Shown piece by piece: positions 1 to 4,583 of a stretch of 4,583 nucleotides of DNA. The notes under the pieces are model-generated. The model worked only from the letters and a program-made list of their open reading frames with translations. It was not told where the DNA came from and did no database searches. Source of the stretch: a virus (taxonomy: Duplodnaviria > Heunggongvirae > Uroviricota > Caudoviricetes); IMG/VR virus record IMGVR_UViG_2711768022_000007; one strand, 5' to 3'. The first letter of the stretch is position 1, and each line of letters starts with the position of its first letter. The translations under genes and the position numbers were made by a program.

Positions 1-79
1 GCTTTGAACTCTTTAGAGTAACGTTGGGTTTTTCTGCTCATTATTAGCTCCTTCTGATGCCATTCTATTTCAGGAAGGA

Positions 80-343
80 GTGTCCGTTAAACTCAGGCTA
101 CCTCAGGTTATTCGCTTCTGGGCATGGGCGGATCAACAAATGATAGACGGTAATGCAGATTGTAACGCTCGCGGCGTTACAAAAAGTGCAATAGATCGCA
201 TCACTTTTATGTCTGGTTTTGCTGATGCGTTAATTCAGGTTGGATGGCTGGTCGAAAATGACGGAGGGCTTTCTCTACCTAACTTTGAACGTCATAACGG
301 AAAAAGCTCTAAAAAAAACGGGCGGTTACAAACGAGCGAGTAA
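80..343 (+). CDS. Phage replication protein, YdaU-like (DUF1376-type), N-terminal fragment; frame is interrupted
   Basis: ORF from GTG at 80 (the only canonical start after the in-frame TAG at 14-16), preceded by AGGAAGGA at 72-79 with short spacing. It ends at TAA 341-343, but a protein-like reading continues in the -1 frame from the A8 run at 311-318. It sits directly upstream of the DnaC-like gene, the position of the initiator in Rac and lambda. The family name is from recalled synteny, not from a search. Confidence 0.55.
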   Translation: MSVKLRLPQVIRFWAWADQQMIDGNADCNARGVTKSAIDRITFMSGFADALIQVGWLVENDGGLSLPNFERHNGKSSKKNGRLQTSE

Positions 344-512
344 CAAAAATACGCGAACTGAAACGAAAAGGTAACGCTGCCAGCGTTACACAAACGGATC
401 AAAAAGCGTTACCAGAGGAAGAGGAAGAGGAAGATCTAAATACTGATCTCCCCCTCGCCAAAAACGAGCGTCTAAAAAATTCGAGCCGGAGGCTATTGAG
501 CTGCCCGATTGG

Positions 513-782
513 TTGCCGGAAACACTCTGGCATGAGTGGGTCCGGTTCAGACAGGCATTGCGAAAACCGATTCGAACGGAGCAGGGCGCTAACGGGGCGA
601 TACGGGAACTGGAAAAATTCCGTCAGCAGGGTTTTACACCTGAGCAGGTGATTCGACACAGCATCGCCAATGAATACCAGGGCCTGTTCGCGCCGAAAGG
701 TGTTCGGCCTGAGACGTTGCTCCGACAGGTTAACACCGTCTCGTTGCCGGACAGTGCGATCCCGCCAGGCTTCAGGGGGTAA
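513..782 (+). CDS. Phage replication protein, YdaU-like, C-terminal fragment of the same disrupted gene
   Basis: The frame is open from 447 to TAA 780-782, but its first canonical start is the TTG at 513 and there is no Shine-Dalgarno in front of it. The stop lies 6 nt before the ATG of the DnaC-like gene. The Trp-rich sequence (LPDWLPETLWHEWVRF...) looks like real protein. Best read as the C-terminal part of the upstream gene after a second frame change in 450-479. Confidence 0.55.
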   Translation: MPETLWHEWVRFRQALRKPIRTEQGANGAIRELEKFRQQGFTPEQVIRHSIANEYQGLFAPKGVRPETLLRQVNTVSLPDSAIPPGFRG

Positions 783-788
783 CGGACC

Positions 789-1221
789 ATGAAAAATATT
801 GCGACAGGCGGCGTTCTGGAACGCATCCGCCGACTGACCCCGCCACATGTAACCGCCCCATTCAGAACGGTAGCGGAGTGGCGCGAGTGGCAACTTGCTG
901 AAGGCCAGAAACGTAGCGAGGAGATCAACCGCCTGAATCGCCAGTTGCGGGTGGAAAAAATTCTGAATCGCTCAGGCATCCAGCCGTTGCACCGTAAATG
1001 CTCGTTTGCGAATTACCAGGTGCAGAACGACGGCCAGCGATACGCGTTAAGCCAGGCGAAATCCATCGCCGATGAACTGATGACCGGGTGTACAAATTTT
1101 GCGTTCAGCGGAAAACCTGGTACCGGGAAGAATCACTTAGCGGCAGCTATCGGGAATCGCCTGCTGAAAGACGGTCAGACAGTGATTGTGGTTACCGTGG
1201 CTGATGTTATGAGCGCCCTGC
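789..1221 (+). CDS. DnaC-like replicative helicase loader (AAA+ ATPase), 3' end lost in assembly gap
   Basis: ATG at 789 with GGGGG 9 nt upstream. The translation aligns closely with my recollection of E. coli DnaC (from memory: NRSGI.PLH..CSF.NY, then the Walker A box FSGKPGTGKNHLAAAI). About 144 codons are present before the N run; a full DnaC-like protein is about 245 aa. The 382-aa ORF in the track is an artefact of reading through the Ns. Confidence 0.9.
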
Positions 1222-1498
1222 NNNNNNNNNNNNNNNNNNNNNNNNNNNNNNNNNNNNNNNNNNNNNNNNNNNNNNNNNNNNNNNNNNNNNNNNNNNNNNN
1301 NNNNNNNNNNNNNNNNNNNNNNNNNNNNNNNNNNNNNNNNNNNNNNNNNNNNNNNNNNNNNNNNNNNNNNNNNNNNNNNNNNNNNNNNNNNNNNNNNNNN
1401 NNNNNNNNNNNNNNNNNNNNNNNNNNNNNNNNNNNNNNNNNNNNNNNNNNNNNNNNNNNNNNNNNNNNNNNNNNNNNNNNNNNNNNNNNNNNNNNNNN
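1222..1498. other. Assembly/scaffold gap (277 N)
   Basis: Uninterrupted run of n. The true length and content are unknown, so any reading frame across it is meaningless. Confidence 0.99.
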
Positions 1499-1514
1499 AG
1501 TTTCAGGAGGATTT

Positions 1515-1937
1515 ATGGCGAAACCTTTTACTCCCGAACAGCGGGAAGAACTGAAGACGCGAATTGTGGAACTCGTGCATCAGGACGGTCGGGTCACGAT
1601 TCGGCAGTTGTCAGATGAAACAGGTATCAGTCGTGCGTCTGTCGGTCGCTTATGCATAGAACTGGTCGCAAGTGGTGATGTATATAATTCTGGCTACGGC
1701 TTATTCCCGTCTGAACAGGCTCGCAAGGACTGGCAAAGCGCCCGCAAAAAACTCTCGAGAGTAAAGGTGAGGAAACCGGTTGTTGTTGATCCGGACCTTA
1801 TCTGGTCATTACCTGACGGAGAAATACGCCGCTACGACAGGCGCCTGAATATAATCTGTCGCGAGTGCCGGAAGAGCGAAGCTATGCAGCGTGTACTGGC
1901 TTTCTATCAGGGTAATTTTCAGGAGGCGATACTGTGA
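1515..1937 (+). CDS. ren: Ren-like protein (lambda ren family, Rex-exclusion resistance), 141 aa
   Basis: ATG at 1515 with a perfect AGGAGG at 1505-1510. The C-terminus (NIICRECRKSEAMQRVLAFYQG) matches the lambda Ren C-terminus as I recall it (NLVFKECRQSAAMKRVLAVYG). The N-terminal part has a helix-turn-helix-like stretch (RVTIRQLSDETGISRASVGRL). It lies immediately downstream of the P/DnaC-like gene, as ren does in lambda. It is longer than lambda Ren (96 aa) because of a central insertion of roughly 45 aa. The frame is open back into the gap, so an upstream start cannot be excluded. Confidence 0.6.
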   Translation: MAKPFTPEQREELKTRIVELVHQDGRVTIRQLSDETGISRASVGRLCIELVASGDVYNSGYGLFPSEQARKDWQSARKKLSRVKVRKPVVVDPDLIWSLPDGEIRRYDRRLNIICRECRKSEAMQRVLAFYQGNFQEAIL

Positions 1938-1994
1938 ATGAAATTAGCTATCAGGCTTCAATTACCGCTGGCATTCGCATCAAAGGAGAGGAGC

Positions 1995-2351
1995 ATGGAA
2001 ATAAAACCAGAAGATGAGTTAAGCAATATCGTTTTATTTCCGGTAAAAGAGGATGACCCTCGTAATCAGGTTAATTTTCTTTATGAGCCATCGGAAAGAC
2101 CATATTGCCATCACGCCTCTGTACGGGTTGACGAAAAAGAGCGTCAGGTCCGCTGTAAAATCTGCGGTGCGGTTGTGGAGCCGTTTGACTGGATGCTCTC
2201 TGTGGCAAAAAGAGAAACCAGACTGGCAGATGATGTAAGGCTATTGCGCCAGGAGGAACAGGAAAGGCGGAGAAATATAGAAAAGCTGATACAGATTGAG
2301 CGTAACGCGAAAGCGCGGATACGCAGGGCGACAAAATCCAGAACTGAATAA
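1995..2351 (+). CDS. Hypothetical small protein with Zn-ribbon-like motif and C-terminal basic coiled-coil region
   Basis: ATG at 1995 with AAGGAG/GGAG at 1984-1993. An alternative start is the ATG at 1938, which directly abuts the ren stop (TGAATG) and has AGGAGG 11 nt upstream. The motif C-H-H, then 18 residues, then C-x-x-C (PYCHHASVRV...RCKICG) is followed by a charged heptad-like tail (RLLRQEEQERRRNIEKLIQIERNAKARIRRA). Codon periodicity looks good. I do not recognise the family. Confidence 0.6.
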   Translation: MEIKPEDELSNIVLFPVKEDDPRNQVNFLYEPSERPYCHHASVRVDEKERQVRCKICGAVVEPFDWMLSVAKRETRLADDVRLLRQEEQERRRNIEKLIQIERNAKARIRRATKSRTE

Positions 2352-2456
2352 TTAAATTTAGCACTGTTAAAAATTTAATCCTTAACCGGAGGGATTTCTG
2401 CACCCTCAAATCATCAGGAGACCACCCGAAAGGGCGGGGAGCAGTCACACATCTGT

Positions 2457-2485
2457 TTCCGATAGCCCCGTTCTAATGCTACACT
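2457..2485 (+). promoter_or_regulatory. Weak candidate sigma70 promoter upstream of the QueH-like gene
   Basis: TTCCGA (2457-2462), 17 nt spacer, TACACT (2480-2485). The -35 is poor. An alternative -35-like TTGATA sits at 2488-2493. Confidence 0.2.
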
Positions 2486-2498
2486 CTTTGATATTTTT

Positions 2499-3185
2499 AT
2501 GACCCCAATAAACATATTTATGACAGTTGCTGATTTCAAACGGCCCAAATTGGAGCTCCCAAACGGGGCAAACAAACTACTACTGCACTCTTGCTGTGCT
2601 CCATGTTCCGGTGAGGTGATGGAGGCGCTTCAGGCCTCGGGAATCGACTACACCATCTTTTTCTACAACCCGAACATTCATCCTCAGAAAGAGTATTTAA
2701 TTCGTAAGGATGAGAATATTCGCTTTGCTGAACAACACGGCGTGCCGTTTATTGATGCTGATTACGACACAGACAACTGGTTTGAACGAGCCAAAGGAAT
2801 GGAATGGGAGCCCGAACGAGGGATCCGTTGCACCATGTGTTTTGACATGCGTTTTGAGCGGACAGCGCTGTACGCCGCTGAAAATGGTTTCAGTGTGATC
2901 AGCAGTTCACTGGGCATTTCACGCTGGAAAAATATGCAGCAGGTTAACGACTGTGGGCGGCGAGCCGTCGCGCATTATCCGGGCATGGTGTACTGGGATT
3001 ATAACTGGCGCAAGCAGGGCGGCTCGTCCCGTATGATTGAAATCAGCAAGCGCGAAAAATTCTATCAGCAGGAATATTGTGGCTGTGTGTATTCTCTGCG
3101 CGATACCAATCTACACCGCAAATCTCAGGGACGCCCTCTTATCAAAATTGGTCAACTCCACTACGGTAAAGAAGAGAAGGAGTGA
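2499..3185 (+). CDS. queH: QueH-like epoxyqueuosine reductase (DUF208 family, Fe-S, cobalamin-independent)
   Basis: 228-aa ORF carrying the motifs I associate with DUF208/QueH: [25 protein letters not shown] and YCGCVYS. The alternative start at 2520 is in frame; neither ATG has a clear Shine-Dalgarno. Assignment is by motif recognition only. Confidence 0.75.
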   Translation: MTPINIFMTVADFKRPKLELPNGANKLLLHSCCAPCSGEVMEALQASGIDYTIFFYNPNIHPQKEYLIRKDENIRFAEQHGVPFIDADYDTDNWFERAKGMEWEPERGIRCTMCFDMRFERTALYAAENGFSVISSSLGISRWKNMQQVNDCGRRAVAHYPGMVYWDYNWRKQGGSSRMIEISKREKFYQQEYCGCVYSLRDTNLHRKSQGRPLIKIGQLHYGKEEKE

Positions 3186-3206
3186 TTTTATGGGGCACCT
3201 TTCTGA

Positions 3207-3236
3207 TTGATTTCATATTGGCGAGGTAAGTAGAAT
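3207..3236 (+). promoter_or_regulatory. Candidate promoter of the hok/mok mRNA
   Basis: TTGATT (3207-3212), 18 nt spacer, TAGAAT (3231-3236). The predicted start near 3243 gives a 5' end GGGUGCUUGAGGCU..., which resembles the 5' end of plasmid R1 hok mRNA as I recall it. Confidence 0.45.
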
Positions 3237-3297
3237 GACTGCGGGTGCTTGAGGCTATCTGCTTCAGGCATGAACACCAAAAGGCAGATAGAGAAAA

Positions 3298-3364
3298 GCC
3301 CCAGTTAACATTACGCGTCCGGCAAGACGCTTAACATTAATCTGAGGCCAATTTCATGCTTTGC
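3298..3364 (-). ncRNA. sok: Sok-like antisense RNA (antitoxin of the hok/sok type I system); approximate extent
   Basis: Minus-strand promoter-like elements: -35 TTGCCT (complement of 3394-3399), 17 nt spacer, -10 TAACCT (complement of 3371-3376). The transcript would start near 3364 and be antisense to the mok translation-initiation region (mok ATG at 3356), as in known hok/sok loci. The 3' end is not defined; I found no clean terminator. Confidence 0.35.
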
Positions 3365-3568
3365 ACATGTAGGTTAGCCTCTTACATGCCGAAAGGCAAG
3401 GAGAAGCAGGCTATGAAGCAGCAAAAGGCGATGTTAATCGCCCTGATCGTCATCTGTTTAACCGTCATAGTGACGGCACTGGTAACGAGGAAAGACCTCT
3501 GTGAGGTACGAATCCGAACCGGCCAGACGGAGGTCGCTGTCTTCGTAGACTACGAATCCAGGAAGTAA
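3356..3568 (+). CDS. mok: Mok-like regulatory reading frame (in-frame N-terminal extension of Hok)
   Basis: ATG at 3356 with GAGG at 3344-3347. The N-terminal extension MLCTCRLASYMPKGKEKQA-MKQ... parallels chromosomal MokC (recalled as MLNTCRVPLTDRKVKEKRA-MKQ...). Same frame and same stop as hok. Confidence 0.5.
   Translation: MLCTCRLASYMPKGKEKQAMKQQKAMLIALIVICLTVIVTALVTRKDLCEVRIRTGQTEVAVFVDYESRK
3413..3568 (+). CDS. hok: Hok-family type I toxin (HokD/Gef-like, 51 aa, membrane-active)
   Basis: MKQQKAMLIALIVICLTVIVTALVTRKDLCEVRIRTGQTEVAVF... is near-identical to chromosomal HokD/HokC as I recall them until the last seven or so residues. AAGGAG at 3398-3403 lies 9 nt before the ATG. Single transmembrane helix plus the conserved C-terminal Cys region. 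Confidence 0.85.
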   Translation: MKQQKAMLIALIVICLTVIVTALVTRKDLCEVRIRTGQTEVAVFVDYESRK

Positions 3569-3576
3569 GAGTGACC

Positions 3577-3604
3577 GGGCGGGGAGCTGATCCCATCCCC
3601 GCCC
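3577..3604 (+). promoter_or_regulatory. Stable stem-loop in the hok mRNA 3' UTR
   Basis: Perfect 9-bp inverted repeat GGGCGGGGA (3577-3585) and TCCCCGCCC (3596-3604) with a 10-nt loop, just after the hok stop. It is not followed by a U-run, so it is structural or regulatory rather than a terminator. Confidence 0.5.
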
Positions 3605-3644
3605 ACCTCTGATGTGTCAGGCATCCTCAACGCACCCGCACTTA

Positions 3645-3688
3645 ACCCGCCCATCGCTGTGATCTCTCAGCGTTTCGGCGGGTTTTTT
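3645..3688 (+). terminator. Rho-independent terminator of the hok mRNA
   Basis: Outer stem ACCCGCC (3645-3651) pairs with GGCGGGT (3677-3683); inner stem CGCTG (3655-3659) pairs with CAGCG (3668-3672); a T6 run follows at 3683-3688. Confidence 0.6.
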
Positions 3689-3708
3689 GTTGTTTATTTC
3701 CGGTGAAT

Positions 3709-3736
3709 TTGATTCGCGCACCTTCGCAGATAGAAT
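3709..3736 (+). promoter_or_regulatory. Candidate sigma70 promoter for the downstream ORFs
   Basis: TTGATT (3709-3714), 16 nt spacer, TAGAAT (3731-3736), located just after the hok terminator and about 80 nt before the 3818 ORF. Confidence 0.35.
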
Positions 3737-3817
3737 CGACTCACTTAAGTAGCGCGCAGGGAGAAGAGGGATGGACCCCGAACAGGGGAGAGCTATTTAT
3801 CTGGAAGGATTCTGAAG

Positions 3818-4105
3818 ATGAAAATCGAAGAATTGCGTGAAATTTTTAGTGAAAATGGCCTCTATGCTGTGCGCGTTGAGAATGGAGCGATTGTCAGCCA
3901 TTGCCGCATTAGATGTTTGCAATCTCAACAAAGGAAGAGCGGTGCTGTGTTATTTTATTTTTGTAATGGACTTCTGACGGACGGTTTTATTTTGCGTGAG
4001 GACGAATTTGTCACATCATTACGGGTTTTGAAAGAGATTGGTTTTAAGGCTGGTTTTCTGCTTTTGCTGAAGAATAAACTCATCTACAATCTTGAGCAGG
4101 ATTGA
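3818..4105 (+). CDS. Hypothetical protein, 95 aa, AT-rich orphan ORF
   Basis: ATG at 3818 with AAGGA at 3805-3809 and an 8-nt spacer. Codon periodicity looks coding. It is visibly more AT-rich than its neighbours (about 38% GC in the first 60 nt by hand count). The stop TGA 4103-4105 overlaps a TTG at 4102. I do not recognise the family. Confidence 0.5.
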   Translation: MKIEELREIFSENGLYAVRVENGAIVSHCRIRCLQSQQRKSGAVLFYFCNGLLTDGFILREDEFVTSLRVLKEIGFKAGFLLLLKNKLIYNLEQD

Positions 4106-4143
4106 ACTCCTGCTGTGTAACACCGTGCCACCGGAGAAAGCCG

Positions 4144-4497
4144 ATGGCACATATACAACTGGTCAAACAAACCTCTTCCGGATTACTTCTCCCGGCGACG
4201 CCGGAGAGTTGCGATTTTCTGCATCAAATCAAAATAGGTGAGTGGATACACGCAGACTTTAAGCGTGTGTGTAACTACGCATTCCACAAGCGTTTTTTCA
4301 AACTCCTGCAACTGGGTTTCGATTACTGGACTCCGGTCGGTGGGGCGATCACGCCTCGCGAACGAAAACTGGTGTCCGGTTTCGTTGATTACCTGTGTGA
4401 ATCAGTAGGCCGGGAACATACGCCAGCTCTGAGCGAAGCCGCAGAGCAATTGAGGTGTACTGGCAATAGCGGACACTACCATTTGTTCTTTTTTTAA
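4144..4497 (+). CDS. Conserved lambdoid nin-region hypothetical protein, possibly DUF1367-like and shorter than expected
   Basis: ATG at 4144 with GGAG at 4133-4136 and a 7-nt spacer. The track start is the TTG at 4102, which overlaps the upstream stop. The N-terminus MAHIQLVKQTSSGLLLPATPE...ADFKR...AFHKRFF resembles my memory of a prophage family common in E. coli nin regions (DUF1367); this is tentative. It ends at TAA 4495-4497 and no other frame continues it. Confidence 0.5.
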   Translation: MAHIQLVKQTSSGLLLPATPESCDFLHQIKIGEWIHADFKRVCNYAFHKRFFKLLQLGFDYWTPVGGAITPRERKLVSGFVDYLCESVGREHTPALSEAAEQLRCTGNSGHYHLFFF

Positions 4498-4508
4498 GCA
4501 GCCATCTG

Positions 4509-4583
4509 ATGATATTTTTCCCTGAAGGCTGCCGGGGAGATATTCCCCAGACGAGAGTGACGACGCTGACGATTGTAGAAAAT
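4509..4583 (+). CDS. 5' end of an ORF running off the window (MIFFPEGCRGDIPQTRVTTLTIVEN...), unknown product
   Basis: ATG at 4509, 11 nt after the upstream stop and in the same orientation. There is no clear Shine-Dalgarno and only 25 codons are visible. Confidence 0.25.
   Translation, partial: MIFFPEGCRGDIPQTRVTTLTIVEN

Larger units (their letters stand above)
1..4583 (+). mobile_element. Segment of a lambdoid prophage: replication module, ren, accessory cargo, start of nin-like region
   Basis: Gene order is initiator, then DnaC-like loader, then Ren-like protein, then accessory genes, all co-oriented on + with short or overlapping junctions. This matches the lambda O-P-ren-nin layout and the Rac ydaU-ydaV arrangement. 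No integrase or att site lies in the window, so the element boundaries are not visible. Confidence 0.7.

Noticed and set aside
1-79. Possible terminator or promoter in the first 79 nt (GGGTTTTT at 26-33, TTGAAC at 4-9)
   Set aside because: No GC-rich stem precedes the T-run and no matching -10 lies at a proper distance. Too little upstream context.
399-893. 164-aa minus-strand ORF
   Set aside because: Lies entirely antisense to the initiator and DnaC-like genes, has a low-complexity poly-Ser end, no Shine-Dalgarno and no recognisable family. Likely a by-product of the coding strand.
623-979. 118-aa minus-strand ORF
   Set aside because: Antisense to, and embedded in, the well-supported + strand genes. 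No start signal and no recognisable family.
789-1937. 382-aa ORF in the six-frame track
   Set aside because: Reads through 277 N. It fuses the DnaC-like N-terminus with an independent downstream gene (Ren-like) that has its own AGGAGG and ATG.
2053-2238. 61-aa + strand ORF
   Set aside because: Alternate frame nested inside the 1995-2351 gene.
2418-2440. Small hairpin CCCGAAAGGG in the intergenic region
   Set aside because: Only a 3-bp stem and no U-run; not convincing as a terminator.
2071-2448. 125-aa minus-strand ORF
   Set aside because: Antisense to the 1995-2351 gene, which has a good Shine-Dalgarno, a Zn-ribbon motif and a coiled-coil tail. The minus-strand product is low-complexity (rich in L, F, P) and has no start signal.
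2710-2898. 62-aa + strand ORF
   Set aside because: Alternate frame nested inside the QueH-like gene.
3771-3815. 14-codon upstream ORF (MDPEQGRAIYLEGF)
   Set aside because: Too short to call as a gene, and its Shine-Dalgarno spacing is poor. Kept only as a possible leader element in the finding on the 95-aa ORF.
4498-4583. Possible insertion-sequence end at the right edge
   Set aside because: No terminal inverted repeat or transposase-like sequence that I can recognise. More simply explained as the start of the next phage gene.
1-4583. CRISPR array, tRNA or rRNA
   Set aside because: No regularly spaced direct repeats and no tRNA-like or rRNA-like sequence found on inspection.

Overview
This 4.6 kb window reads as a segment of a lambdoid (Rac/lambda-like) prophage of an enterobacterium, with all supported genes on the + strand. 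Order: a YdaU-like replication initiator whose reading frame is broken twice at homopolymer runs; a DnaC-like helicase loader truncated by a 277-nt run of N (assembly gap, 1222-1498); a lambda Ren-like protein; a small Zn-ribbon/coiled-coil protein; a QueH-like (DUF208) cobalamin-independent epoxyqueuosine reductase; a complete hok/mok/sok type I toxin-antitoxin locus; an AT-rich 95-aa orphan ORF; and the start of a nin-like region. The most interesting signal is the cargo block between ren and the nin-like genes (about 1995-4105), especially the prophage-borne QueH. No tRNA, rRNA, CRISPR array or transposase was seen. All family assignments are from motif recognition by eye and recalled family knowledge; no database search was run.
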